Program-made: the position numbers and the translations under genes
Notes under the pieces: model-generated
Told to the model about the DNA's origin: nothing
Database searches by the model: none
What the model saw: only the letters and a program-made list of their open reading frames with translations
In this document: positions 38,180 through 52,816 of the stretch, one piece after another
Layout: every line of letters begins with the position of its first letter
How positions within the stretch are numbered: the first letter of the stretch is position 1
From: Sphagnum compactum
Taxonomy: Eukaryota
Assembly (NCBI GenBank): GCA_965153455.1
Contig: OZ234494.1
Coordinates: forward strand, 8,184,001 to 8,248,000
DNA length: 64,000 nt
Direction of reading: 5' to 3'

Positions 38180-39300
38180 AAAAGGTCTTGCAAACTCAAA
38201 TGTAATTTAATTGAATCAAGAAAACCTACAAAACGAAATTTGGAAAATTTTGAAATCTTGTCATTCATCAATGCAAAGAAAGTGGAGCATGACGTTAGTT
38301 AGTAGATTCAAAAAACAACATGGAATTATCGATCACAATGTATAAATAACCTTGAAAATCAAAAGTGAAATGGAAGCACATATTAATGACCAATTTGATC
38401 ATTTTGAACATTCCTACAACAAAGCAACCTACAAGGCCAAGTAGGGGTCTTTCTATGGGGACTATAAAAAGATCCATGATTACATGGGTGGTATTAAACA
38501 CACAAAAAAAATGAGGATATGTCAATTAGAAGATAAGGTTGCGCAAGGATTGCAAAAACTTTAGTAGAATGTATTTCAAACTCAATGATGTTTTCATGCA
38601 CAATAGATCAAGTTTCAATCCTCCACATTCATGAAATTTCATGAATCTAAAAGATGATGTCTACGATGTGCAACCACAATTACAAGAGTTTTCACCATGT
38701 GATGAATTGGACTTCAATGAAGAACATATGAATGCAAGAGCTACCTTTGAGAAATATGCATCTCCCTTCGAACCTTTTGATCCCATACTCCATTATGTAG
38801 AAATGTTGCAAGAAGGGTATTGTTGGGTGGCAATGGCTCTCGCTCTTCAATCGCAAAGCAACAATACATTAGTGAGTTTGACCCCCTTTCCCCCCAAAAA
38901 TGTTTAGAAAAAAAATCCTATAAACAAATTCAACTTGAAATATCCTAACATTTAAATTTACATTCTTAAGTTCAACTATAGGTTGTGGGTTGCCAACATC
39001 ATACCCACTTCTAAAACAAACTATGGAACCATTTTAAATTTCAAGAAAAGAACGTTCAAATATTCCCTTAGCACATAACAACATGGCCAATACCATGAAA
39101 CCATGTGTAAATAATGTTATTGGGCAACCTCAACTTCATGTTGAAAGCACATCGGTGAAAAAAAAAAAATCCCTAATTCATAAAAGTTTCATTAAAATAA
39201 TTGAAAAAGGTAATGTGGCATTGGTTGAATCTATTAACAAAATCCATGATGTAAACTTGCAGATTGAAGAAAAATAAACATGGGCACAAAAAGAGATCTA
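38180..39300 (+). mobile_element. Degenerate Myb/SANT-like ORF, probable PIF/Harbinger ORF1 relic
   Basis: Fragment GSFYGDYKKIHDYMGG...FMHNRSSFNPPHS resembles trihelix/Myb-SANT domains. Coiled-coil-like fragments follow (ORF 39083-39277). Many stops. Confidence 0.5.
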
Positions 39301-40549
39301 CAAAAGCAATTGGAATATATTTCAAATTGTGAAACACATATATCGACCAGACATAACAACAAAATGGTATACGCAAAATCAATGATTGCAAAAATTATGG
39401 GGATGGCAATGAAAATAGACTTACAAGACAAAATGCCACTAATAGCTACACTAGCAGGTTTATAACATGATAACTTGACATCAAACATTGTGAACAACAA
39501 AAATGATGGAGTGGAATTGTATTTATAGACTTTAACACAATTTTGCATGGACATAGACTTGGATTGAAAGGATGTTATTATTACAAAATTGAATACCTTT
39601 TTGTAATTAAAATTTTAAAGTTTTGTCAACTTTCAATGGCACTATGTAGCAAGGCCTTGAGTATGAACCTTGTCATCACATTGATGAAATCAATTCATAC
39701 ATATATTATTTTGCAAACAACATGATTTCATTAGCCATGTTTGAACTGCAAAACAAAAACTTACACAAAATTTAATAACAAGAAGAAAACATCATGTTTA
39801 ATGAAGAGAAAAAAAACCTTTTGCATGATCAAAGAAATGATAATACAACAATATGAAATGCTCTATGAATAGTCAAATAAAACAAATTTGAAACCAAAAA
39901 AAAAGATGTTGGTACTTGATTCCAATGCCATAGGGAAAGAAGCAACATGATATTGCCAAATGGTCCACCTTGAGAAGGTTTGTGCACAATGAACAAAGAC
40001 AAGATAGAAACCCAAAAATGAAAACATTCCTCCTCGTCTCCAACTATGCAAAAAGCAAACAAAACGACACTAATTAAAACAATTTGGTGGAAAAAAAATG
40101 TGAAACAAAATAAACTTGAAGCAAAATAGACAACATGTTTCATTGTTTTCAATTACACAAAGAAATAAACAACACAACAATAGAAAAAAAAAATTCATGC
40201 AAAATTTTGCAAGCAATGAAATTTTTTCAAATGAAGTGAAAAAAGGTTGTTTCCTTTCTCCAATACTAAAAAGAAATAAACACCCCAACAAAGCCAACAT
40301 CACCATATTGAAAACCTTTCTACACAATGGAGCAAAGCAAAAGCACACAATCTTCAAAGAACAAAAGAAAAATTTCCAACAAATTTTGTCATTTGTTTTT
40401 ACCAAAAATTCAAATTTATTTGGAAAAACATGTTTTTTTAATGTAAATTTTGTTATTTGTAAAATTGCCACAATTTCAATATCACAAGATTGAAAAATAA
40501 AAACAAAAAACTCTGCTCTTATGATAGAATGGATGTAGCCTAACATTTT

Positions 40550-41350
40550 GCCTCACTTATGTAAGTTGAAAGAATGAGACTTTGGACAAGATATATAGAT
40601 AAATGTGGGCATAAATGTGGAATATTTACAAGAGGCATGGGAACCTTGGGAACAACACAAGGGACATGTGAGAACCTATATGAACAAGGTATGAAACATT
40701 TGAAATAAAATTTTAAGAATATGTGTACAAGAAATGAACATGAGAACTTTGGGAACAACATACTTGAAAAAAAAAAAATGAGATAAAAAATTATGGAAAG
40801 CATGGAGAATAAAGTGAAAACACAATTAAAAAACAACATTTTGGGGAACAAATGGCTCACTTATGTAGATTGAAAAAATGAGTTTTTGGTTAAGGAATAT
40901 GATAAATTGTGGGGTTAATGGAAACAAAAGGAGGGATGCATGAACTTATAGGAACAATGTATAAAAAAACATTTTACAAAACATATGGTTGTATAGGAGA
41001 TATAAATCTGAATAACAATAGATAGGCTCGGAAATAATAAAAATAAAATCATTTTTTGGATGGCAAATTACAGCAAAATGTAGTAAAATAACACACATCC
41101 AATATAATAAACAATAGAATGAAAATATAAAATATTCCATTCTCACATGGAAAACAAAGTGGAAACACAAAACAAAAATTTTAAAAATACAAAAATGTAA
41201 AAGAAACATGAGAACGTTTGGGAACAATAATGAAGAATTATGGGATAAAATTAAGGAACATATGAAACAACAAAGTTGAGAACACAAAATAAAGGAACAT
41301 TATTATTATTATAAGGAACATTATTGGGAACATGTGGGGGAACAAACAAA
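40550..41350. repeat. Degenerate A-rich dispersed repeat (gggaac modules)
   Basis: ctcacttatgta.(t)tgaaa starts occur at ~40553 and ~40857, with recurrent gggaaca/gagaac motifs. Confidence 0.5.
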
Positions 41351-41686
41351 ACCCAAAAACCCTAAACCCTAAAGAAAGAGTCAACTGAATCCTTTGGGAA
41401 CGTCAAAAGGGAGGGAGGGGTGGGGTTTCCACACGAGAACGACGGCAAGACCGTCGCAGTTTTGTCTCCTCTCCGCTCTCGCGCGCCCTCGTTGCGCGAG
41501 AAAACCATGAAAATTAATTGGTTTGTAGTTTAGCAAGAAGCTTTCTTCTTGTTGTGTTCCGCAGATTTTTTTCCAACTGTACTATTGAAGAAGAAGAAGA
41601 AGAAGAGGGTTTTCAAATTTCATCGAAAAAACCAAACCCTTGGTGGCAGTGTTAAACAAGTTAGAGAAATCCAAGGGTTTGTCATC

Positions 41687-44600
41687 ATGTGGGATTCCTT
41701 TTTCGGTCTCGGCTTCAAGGCTTCGAAATGGTGAGAATAACAATTTCCTCCTCGAAAGTCCACCATTTTGTGGATGGGGTTTGTTGTGTGAAGATTATCG
41801 TGTTGTAGATGTTTTGTCGGATCAGGGTTTCATGGTAATGTCGATGGCTAGTTTGCTTGAAATCGAGAGCTGCATCATCGCAATCAGGTAACGGGGACGA
41901 AGACCTGTGTGTAGTAGTGAACTAGGTTCTTCTTCCTTTTCCAGTACCTAAGACCTATCTGCTTTGAGATCGGAGTTGTGGAGATTCTCCTATTTTCTAG
42001 GGTTTGGAAGCTTTTTAGGGTTTGTGGTTCTTGAGGCACTTTGGGTTTCTTTAGAGGATTTTGATTTCTGAGTGATTCATGGGAGATTTGAGTCAACAGC
42101 AGTGGATGTGAAACTGCAAGGATCTCTTCGGTTATGATAATTTGGACTCAGAAAGGTGGATCGATTTGTCAGTAGTGCTCTCAAGGAAACAAGGTCTGAC
42201 TCATGACAGCAAAGGGAGTGATCAAGCCTGGTCTATTGGTTTAGTAGTATGCATACAGGGATTTCTACTAATATTCTAGTTCAATCTATTTGATCTTCTT
42301 GGGTTCACAGCAAAACACTGCTTCGGCTAGCAATGGCACGCATCAAGCTTCTTCGCAACAAGCGGGACCTCCAAATCAAGCAGCTGCGGAAAGAAATTGC
42401 TCAGCTACTTAATTCTGGCCAGGAGCCCAGTGCCCACATTCGAGTGAGTGTGTTCACCACCTCTGTGCCTAACCTCTACAAAGAAGGAACATTGCAAATC
42501 AAAAGCTTTGTGGGGTTCTTGTCTTATGTTAGGTTATATGTGGGAGCTGGTGGAATTACATCACTTCACATGCAAACATGTCATATCATGCTTGGATTGA
42601 TGATGGGTTTTCATGTGTACCAGGTGGAGCATATCTTCAGGGAGGAAAACATTTTGGCAGCTTATGATATACTTGAGCTTTTCTGTGAACTCATCACTGT
42701 TCGTCTTCCTATAATTGAATCTCAAAAGTATGTGGTAACTCTCCTCACTTTTATACCTGAAAGTAGGAGATGAAATTGCTGGGTTCTGAGCTGAAGTTGT
42801 AATAAAACTGTGCAGTATTCAACACGGTCTCTAACTTTCTACAATAGTACGCATGGGAAACATTGTTTCTATGGAACATTTGTCAGTTTTGTAGACTCTT
42901 CATTTCCCTTGTAACTTTCAGAGTTCACCCTTCAGCAATAGAATTGAGAATTGTTTCCTTGTTTGAGATGTGTTCCCTCTTTTGTTCTCTAAATTCCTGC
43001 CTCTTAAGTAACTCTCAAAACGCGTTTTATCCCATTGAATAATGTTGCTGAGAACATTTTCATGTGTAAAAACGTTGTTTTGATTTCTCAAGATTGCTCA
43101 GAATTGCCTGAGAGAATGATTGGAACATATAGCTTCAGCAATGTTTTACTGTTTGAAATGATTTTTGCAATGTGTTCTGCACGTTTTTGCATAATCATGT
43201 GAGTTTTTTTTGCAATAGCTGAAATGTATATTTGAGCAAATTAGGATGTGTAGTAGTATTAAGAACAGATCAGTTCACTAGTCTTTAGAGGAGTCCACGT
43301 TATTGCTGCTGATTGGTTGAGCTGTGCATAATCTCAGAGCAAAAGACTTTCTCAAGTGTGCTGTCTTACAACTAGTTTCTGGTTCAAACCTGTTTGTGCG
43401 TGGGCAGGCTTTGTCCTTTGGACCTGAAGGAGGCCATTTCAAGCTTGATATTTGCTGCCCCACGGTGTGCAGATTTGCCAGAACTACAACAGATTCAAGG
43501 TCTTTTTGCGGTCAAGTATGGTAAAGAGTTTGCAGCTGCAGCAACTGAGCTACGCCCTGACTGTGGGGTGAATCGACGTGTATGGTCATTATCCTACTAT
43601 GTGCTATCCTTATTGCTTCATTATGTTACCTTCAATCTTGTAAACATAAGTGTACTGGAAGGCCCTCATACTGGTGTACCAAGGTCACAGCATAGCAATT
43701 GAACTTTGGTGAGCATTTTAGTTCTCTTCAGATGGAGTTCTTCATTAAGTAAAGCTTATTGGTCTCTTGGTCAAGTAAAAATTCCTTGCACTATTAATGT
43801 TAGTTGCTTTAGTTGATAGCCTTAACTCTGAAGTAGTTTGAGAATCAAGAGGAAATAGAGAGAATTATGAGTTGATAAGGGACAGTAGGAAATACTTGCA
43901 ATATACATGCCTCAGTCTTTACTGAGGACATGGATTTGTGGAGTTGGATAGTAGGATGACAATGATTGGGGGAGGAGGGCTTGGCAGATCATAGAGAAGC
44001 TTTCTGTACAGGCTCCATCTGGGGAAGTCAAGTTGAAGCTGATGAAAGAGATTGCAGCGGAGCACAATGTTGACTGGGATCCAACAGACTTTGAAGCAGG
44101 CCTTCTGAAAGCACCTGAAGATCTGCTTGTAAGACTTACAGCTAATTTCTTCTCCTTCCCCTAATCATCTCCATCTGCCCACTCTGTCCATTTGTGCTCT
44201 CTTCAAACTTGCTTTCTTGGTATTTCTTATTTCTTATGCTAAAGGCAAGACTTGCTGAATGTTACAACACAAATAGACAAGTGTGCTTTTCATGTTAGAA
44301 ACCAGACATCCACAGTATCCACATCTTATGTGGCATATTCCTGTTCATAACTGGTGATTATAGTTGCATGCTCCTCAACACATGGGTACTTCTTGCAGGA
44401 TGGCCCAACCAGCTTTCTTGAGGCTCATGAAATGCCACTGCCATCACAGGGCAAAGAATCTCCTGTGAAGCCACTTGACAAGGACCCAATGGCCCCATCA
44501 ACTTCTGAGCCACCTCTTCCCCCTCTCAGACAGTCAAGTACTACATTGCGAGACCTTCTTAAGCAGGATGACAACAAGCAATTCATCCCCTTTGTGAAGA

Positions 44601-45937
44601 TGCCAGCAGTTGGAAAAGAGGACTCACCTGTTCCTCCCACAGCACCTGCAGTGCATGGCAGTGAGGAACCTGAGAAGTTCAATTCCAGTGAGGAACCCAG
44701 AAGGGAGAAGAAAGTAGATTATGCTGATGTGGCAGCAGCTGTAAGGGCAGCTGCTGAATCTGCTGATCGTGCTGTGGCAGCAGCCCTTGCTGCTGCTGAG
44801 TTTGCAAGGCAGCAAGCAGAGTATGGAAAGGTGAAGTCCAGCAAAAGTCAAGCATCAACTGCTGGAAATGTGGAAGATAGTAGTGGAACTGACTTGGACA
44901 GTGACAGCAGTGATGGGCATGATAGAGCTCCAGTCAGGACAGGGATCTCCCGAGGCAGGTCTGGTAGTGAAAGAAAGCCTGCACCTGATTCTGACTTTGA
45001 AAGTGATGATGACAATGATATCAGGCCTGTCAAGGGGTACGATGTGCCTCGTGGTCGGGGTGCTGGTGGGGTAAAGTTGAGGCCATCAGTTGAAGAGTCC
45101 AGTGAACCTCAACAGTCTGATGCTGAACCCAGGTTGACAGGTAGCCCAACAAAACTGAGATTTGATGCACCAGAGTATGATGATAGTCATCAGAAAAGAC
45201 GGGGTCATGGAGATTCTGTCTTTTACCAAAGGGAGAAAACTGAAAAGGATGACTTCCAACATATGGATGAAGGGAAATTTGCAGTTAGTGGTTTAAGGGA
45301 TCAGGCTTTAGATGGAGTTGGATTTGGTGAATCGCAGGATGACAAGCTCAAATGGCAACTGGCTGAGTCTAAGGAACGATCAGGAAGGTATGATATCTTT
45401 GACATCAACCTGGAAGGACCTGTCAATTCCTACAGTGCATTCAGCTCCAGTGACTATGATCTTGGCAAGACTTCTGTTGATGGAGATCCTGAGGACTTCA
45501 GATCAGCTAAAACTTATGGGTTTAGCAATGACCGAGAAACACAGCTGAAAAAGTACTCTGCTGATGAGAATCAGAGGTCTTTTGGAGGTAGGCCTTTTCA
45601 AGAAACTAGAGAAAGTTCACCATTGTTTGACGAAGAATATGTGGGGAGAAGCCAATCACTGGAGCACTCACGGCTTGCACCTTCTGGGTCTGGTTATGGT
45701 GAGCAGAATGATGAATTTCCCATGTCTAACCTGGAGGCTGCAACATCTACAGGTGCCTGGGGACAGCAAACAATGCATTCAAGTTCTGACCAACCTCCTG
45801 AGCATTTATCACCCACCATTGAATCCTCCCCTCCCTCATCAGAATCCCTCACAACTGGACATACTCTGATCTCATCTTTGCCAGAGAGCTATGAAGATGA
45901 CTTGTTAGCACGGTTCAAGGCTTTGAAGCAGTATTGA
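41687..45937 (+). CDS. ISTL: IST1-like protein (regulator of Vps4 activity, ESCRT-III)
   Basis: Exons 41687-41730, 42311-42443, 42624-42727, 43408-43579, 43988-44128, 44399-45937. Ist1 domain motifs [68 protein letters not shown]-terminal MIM1-like [11 protein letters not shown]. Confidence 0.95.
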
Positions 45938-47181
45938 TGTTGATATGCATCTATTTTGAACAACTCAGTAATCTCATCTAGCCTTTATTAGGTCAGTTTT
46001 TATCTCAGGAAGATGCTTCTTCTTACTTTGATCTGCACCAATTTTCTTCATTTTTCTTGTCTGATATCTGTTCACTGAGTTTCTTGGTATTGATAGCCAA
46101 GTGAATGACCAATCAACTGTGCAAATTTGTACGCCATACATTCTATACTGATGAATACTTTCTACAGTGCTGTGTGGTTTCTATTTTTCTGCAACTGTGT
46201 TCTATAGACTCAAATGTTGGATCTTACTGACTTACCTGTATAGGAATTGATAGTGTACAGAAAGTTTGTTGGTTCATCGTGACAGGCATGAACTTGGTGC
46301 TTCAGGTTGTGCCCTTGCTGGATCCTGATTCCCTCACCCTTCCTCCGGTAAGCAGGATGATTGCAATCGCTTGGTTTGGTAGTGTTACATTTCTGAAGTG
46401 TCATAATGTTTACATCATTTGTTTTCTTAAGAAGATGAACTGGAAGATAAGAAGGGGTATCAGTTCAAGGTGAAGGATGCTATGAAGGACAGTGGTAGTC
46501 TCTGGAGCAAGCTTGTATTGGAGGGGGAATCATATGAAAAAACTGCAAGCACGGTGGAAGACATTCTACATGTGTCTGGCAACTCTCATACCACTTTCTG
46601 TACAGAGACTCACTGCATACCTGGTCATAGATATGACCAACTTAGCAACCACTAGAGAACATATTAACTGGTTAGAATCTTGTGAATAAGAGCATGGTCT
46701 GGAAGTGGCACAATGAAGCCACATGTGAGCTCTGTGGAGAAGAAAATGTGAATGCAGAGCATGAAAAGAGGTGATGTTGGAACTTTCATCAGTGCACTTT
46801 CATCACCTCCATCAGATTTTTAACCCCTAAATGCCTGATAAGCCTAAAATGGCTTTCTTTTGTGAGTGATGGATATATAAATACTTTCTCTAAAAAATGT
46901 GTTGCAGGGGTTTTTGAGAGCTTTCAAATGGTCTGCTGATTGGGCATTGCCACCTGGATTTGAGTGATGTTTCGACCAAATAAGTGCGGGCATAAGCCTC
47001 CAACTGGTCAACCCAACTCCCTTAGAGTCAGGAGTGCACCAACAAAGGCAATGGGGATTGCAGGTTGGTAATGAGGAGTGAACTCTGGGAACTCGTTTAT
47101 GAGCTGACTTAAGGCTTCAAGCAACAGGATCAACCTGGCTTCCTTTTGTTCAGTTGCTGTCAGTTTTCAAAGTTCCTCACA

Positions 47182-47590
47182 TTTACAATTTGGAAAATTG
47201 TAACGCTTTCTTCCTTTTAACTTGAAGAATCTTTTTTTTTTTTGATGAGTAGGTACACAACTTGGTCATTGTGAGTGTCATAGAGGATGCAAGCAATTAG
47301 TGTTATCTCCGAAGTCCTTTTTTGGCCAATGAAACTTTGGATCCAACCTTGAGCAACACCTGGCTGATCCCGCATGAGCTCATTCACAATTTGGAAAATT
47401 GTAAGCCTTCCCTCTTGCTTGAAGAATTGTATTTTAGCACGACTTTTTTTTTAGTGAGTACATAACTTGGTCATTGTGAGTGTCATATTAGGATGCGTGT
47501 AATTAGTGTTGTCTCTGAAGTCCTTTTTTGGCTAATGAAAACTTTGGATCCAACCTGAGCAACACCTAGCTGACCCCACATGAGCTCAAT
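47182..47590. repeat. ~200-bp tandem duplication
   Basis: Two diverged copies, each running acaatttggaaaattgtaa...aacttggtcattgtgagtgtcat...ggatccaacc...catgagctca. Confidence 0.9.
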
Positions 47591-49298
47591 TGAGGCTTTG
47601 CTAGCCTTTCATGCCTTATCTGATTTTGGTTAAAATGTTTTCTATCAAACACTTACAAAATTTACAAATTTTGTAAGTCCAATGGCTAATAGTGTAATCT
47701 CATTTGTGGATGCGTGGATATGGCCAGATTTCTAACTCATGCTCAGAGTGAGGTAAAATGGTTGTAGAAAGGGCTTAGTCTCTTAAGTGTTGCTTGGGAG
47801 CAATATCTTCTTCTATGTTGAAGACATTTTGGGATGAGGTATTATTGTGTGGAAGGCCTTTTTATGTAAGATTTATTGTCCTAAAATAAATGCCTTGGTG
47901 GTAGACAAATTTGGTGTTTGGAAATCAATTTTTTTAACATGTTTTAAACCAAGGGTGTTGAAGTCTCAAATGGATTTTGTGGATCTAGATCCTTGGTTTA
48001 TTTTCAAATTTTCCTTATTCCACAATTATGCTTATCCCCATATTATGTTTAAATCAAGTTGAAATACTTAGGTAAAATGAAAAGACTTTCAAAATCTCAT
48101 TGCAATAAATGACAAATTGGTGCTCATGTTAAATTTTGACTTATGTATAATTTGGTTTGAATACGATTTTCTAGCATATTATTCTACTACAATTTGTTTA
48201 AATGTCTAGGTCAAATTTTCTTTTATTTTAGATATAAGATGTTTAAAATTTATAACAACCTAATCAACACCACAACTAGTTTTTAAATATATCATTTTCA
48301 TATTCATTTCAAGTTTTTTTGGATAAAGATAAGCAGCAAAAACACTCATTGCATATTTGATCTTAAAAAGTGTTTTTAGGTATCCAATATGTATTAAATT
48401 CATTTCAAATTTATTTAAAATTCTCACAAAGTGTATTAGAAACATTGTTGTATAAAAGCATCCAACATTCTTACCATTAACTTAACTTACCATTTACCTG
48501 ATAATTCATTTGAAATCAAATGATAGGTGGCTCTTATTAACTTGGTTAGACCCAAATACAATATCTATATAAATAATTAAGGTCTTTCATTAATTATTGA
48601 GTCAATTTAAATGAACTCGATTAAGTTGTGAAAATGAAATCTTGGATATAGCTTTTCATTTTTCATTGTATTTTGATTTTAATATAATAGGATCTAATTT
48701 CATTGACAAGAATTTGGTGTATTAATGATCTCATGTGACCTTCCAAACTGTTCATTTTTCTCTTTTGAAACCCAAACAGTACTGTCGAGATCTGATGATG
48801 ATGATGATGGTGATTCCATGGCAAGAAAAGAGTAGATCAGGAGATCTACTGAGCTTGGAATCCTCATCATCACAATCACCATAGACACCATTGAGGTACA
48901 CAAGTGGAGGTTCAAACAGTGCCAAATTCCCAAAGATCAGAATGCAATGTCAGCAATGTTCACATGATTTGCTTCTACTTGGAAGCATAAACCAGACATT
49001 TTGTGCACTGCACAACAGATCACACATGCTTGCACACACACACACAGAGGTCATGAATTTAGCTTGAGAGCTTCTTAGCACTGAACTTGTGCAGCACATT
49101 TCCAGTGTCAAAGTGATGATCCAGTTAAATTGAGCTGGTGCGACAGTGTCCAGATCAGGAGTCTTACTATGAAAGGTACTCATACTCAGAAAGTCCAGTG
49201 AAATTGGGAAGGCATTGTAGGAAAATTGATAGCTGTGAAATCACTACATGTCTGGAAAAAAGATGAGTAATCTGAGTGAACGGAAGAGAGGACATGAA

Positions 49299-50900
49299 TC
49301 AATGTGGATTTTGCAGACATTTGTTGAGCCTTAGGTTGTCAACCTTGGGCTTACTTAATGAAGGAGGTAGCAAATATGACAAGCCGACTGTGAAAATTGA
49401 GAGAAACACAACAAACTGCCATGCCAAGAACTGATACAGAGGGAATTTTTGCCCTGAGGAAAATGACCAGATCATTCCCCCACATGCTGGTCCCACTGCT
49501 CGGAAGAGATTGCAAAAGCTGGTGCTTAGCCCTGTTACGGCTCCAATGTGCTCTTGAGAAGCTGAATTGCTCACCAATACGAACACTCCAGCAAATGCAG
49601 AGCAAGATGTTGCACTTCGAGCGGCCATGGACAAGAGAAGAAGACTCCATTGCAGCACTGGAACAGTTGGAAAGAGGGAACATATGGGGAAAATGAACCA
49701 GAGTGGGATGGATGTTAGAATCCCCAGTCTGAAGCATTTCAGAGGACCAAGTAGCTGACAAACCTTTGGATACAGAAGAAGAGTGTACAGACATAGCACT
49801 ACGCCTCCTTCCCCAAGTATCAATCCCAATGCAAAGGAGCTAAAGCCTAAGCCCCCAACAGAACTCGATGCTGCTCCAAATATTGGAAATAGCTCATCTG
49901 CACACCAAATTCAAAATTAGCCTCAGTTGTGGGTTCACATGCACAGAGTAACTATAACCCTCTTGCACACCCTCTTTCACAGGCATGGGCTGCACAGAAA
50001 CCCAAACTCTTAGCATTGAAATGATGAAATTGTTGAGCATTGTCCCAATTACCTAAGTTACATATTCCCAGAAGCTGAGTACACTGACTAGAAACCTTTT
50101 GTGCACTGAGACCAATTTCCCTTCTGCAATTGCTCATCTAGTTTGCAAATACTGATTTTGAGTTCACAAATACAGAAAATTCGTATGAAGTTCAGTTGCA
50201 AGATTACCAGTTATGATGAATATGAAGCCTGTCATTGAATAACACAACGAGACCAGCAATACATCACGGTTGACCCATGCAAATCTGGAGGGTGCTTTGT
50301 CCCAAGTCTCCTTGCAGATACTCATAGTTCCCTGTGTCCTCCAACAAGAGTCATCACCACCTTCTTCTTGTGTAACAATGTGATTTGTCTCTGACTTTCC
50401 ACTTGTGGAGATCACCACTATCAGTTTCTGCTTGCAACTTGCTGTACTCAATACTTGATCCCCATCCATACATGTGAGTTGCACCATTTCACTGCACTTG
50501 GGCTCATCTTCTGCAAGCTTATCTGAGTCCATGGTGCTCACATCTTGTCTTGGAAGTTGGTCATACCCCGAGGCCTAGAAACAACAAAGTCATAACCTTC
50601 AACACAAGCATTAGTGGGTAGTCTAGAACTGGACTATTCAAGCAGCAGCTTCTGAATTTACAACTTAAAGGTGTTGATGATCTCGGGAAAGTAGCTGTAG
50701 ATCACAGAATGATCAAGTTCATGTTGCAATTGATCATCTCCCAACAAAACAACACTCAGGAAAGCAAGTAGTTTGCATATGTTCGTGGATCAAGTTGTCA
50801 CTTCCAAGCAGCAATGACCACTGAAGCATGAGCAAGATGAAAAAGACTTGACCAAGTCACAGTTCATTCAATATGCACAAGTGAAAATGCAAGATACAAT

Positions 50901-50933
<33 letters not shown>

Positions 50934-52781
50934 AATAACCTTGCGACATTGAGGGTTCGTCTCGATCAAGGAAAGGGATGCAATGATGCCAGCAACAGAG
51001 AAAATAGCAGCACCAATGCAAGGCAGCAGAAAGGGATACTTCACTAGAAAATCAGGGCAATGTTGCAATTTGTACTGAACACAGGGTTGCGCTAATAATC
51101 CTGATACCACAGGACCCATCGCTGCCCCAATTCCCCACGCTAGATTCAGTAGTCCAAATCCTTTCGCTTGGTTGGATCTGCACAAGGATAATAATATGTC
51201 ACGGTCAAATCACAGTTGCAGCAACATCTACTGCGACCTGAATTGATCTAAAACAATATACATGTTTCTAGATGAAGAAGAATCTGCAGCAGCAAATTGG
51301 TAGCCATGATGGGATTCGCTTCATAACCCTAAATCGTGTGCTTGCAAAGAGTGTTCAAGCTGGGAAAGGCAAGCATATTACCCATCGCAAAGCTCAGAAA
51401 GAACGGACTTAGTAACGGTAATGGTGCCATTGAGCAAACCAGCCAAGAATCGCACAAAGCACGCACTTGTGTAAGTGGAGCAGAATCCGAGCAGTATAAT
51501 ACTTACGGCGCTCGTTGCGCACCCAAACGCCATGGACGGCTGCATGCATGCCCCATTGCCCCCACACCCGAGTTCCCCCGGGGCCCGCACTCATTAGATC
51601 CTGTCTTCCAGTCTTGTGAGAACCAGCAATTGCACACAAAACCTTGAACCAAGGGAGTCCGGATCTGTTTCTCTCCTTGGAGCAAATGTTGAATATCCTT
51701 CAATGCAAGCATATTTTCTATCGGTTGCACAGCGCATGTGTAGATGCATACCTTGCGGCCAGTTCTGTCAGAGATGATTCCCCATACCACACAACTGCAG
51801 CATTGTGCCAGAGGAAACAGCGATGCCTGCCACAAGATCACATGGCAAAGAGCATAATATACAGATTCGTAACCAATTTTCCTTAAGAGAAAAAAAACAC
51901 TTGCAAAACATCATGTTCCATTGCAAAACTTTTCTCCTGATCTGAAATCCGTAGACTGTTGTGCACAAGGATGCTGCACAGTTTGCATCATCAAGCTCTA
52001 ATTTTCATACAGGTTTCCAAAGACAAATCCTAGATACATGCGTAGCATTTTCACTGTACAGAATTGCACTGTAGCATTTTCACTGTGCAGAATTGCAATG
52101 CGACAAGCATCAAGAAGAACAGTACAAAGTACTGACCAGAAGCCCCGCACGCCATCCAACAGCTTGCGCACTGATGCGACTCGCGCCCCCGTACTTTTCC
52201 ACCATGAACACCAACTGTCCACAAACAAATTCAAAAAGATTTGTGCATGTCGCTGCAACTCTTCACAAATCAACAACGAAATGCACTGCATTCCTATGCA
52301 ATGGAACAAAGTCGGATTCTCTCAGGCTGCTTCAACTGCGGCGTTGTTGCCACAAAAGACTACTACATCACGTACATGATGCACACAGCTCAAGGCGATC
52401 TCGATCGACAAGGTTTCTTTCTCAAGCTGGATCATGCAGGATGAGATCCAGACGGTGTGCCAGGGCAATTTTTAAAATTTTCCTTCCTGTACATTGTTCT
52501 TCTTCTTCTTCATCTCTTACCGATTGATCTTTCTTGCAGAAATTCTTGATACAAGGCTTGAAAGATCGGTGAATTCCCCCCCTTTTTTTTTTGGGTTTTT
52601 GCATGATCATATCTAGAGGTTGGGGATCACATACCATAGGGAAAAGCATCGTCGTCTGGAATGCTTGACTGGCATATACAATCCTGCATCCTCGGGAAAC
52701 CCGTTTGATTCTACACAACTGCTGTATAAATTTCCTTTCCAGAGACATGATCGTACTACGAGATCTCACGCAAACAAATTG

Positions 52782-52816
<35 letters not shown>

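Noticed and set aside
39829..41287. Several hydrophobic F/L-rich minus-strand ORFs
   Set aside because: Translation artefacts of A-rich repeats, with no conserved motifs.
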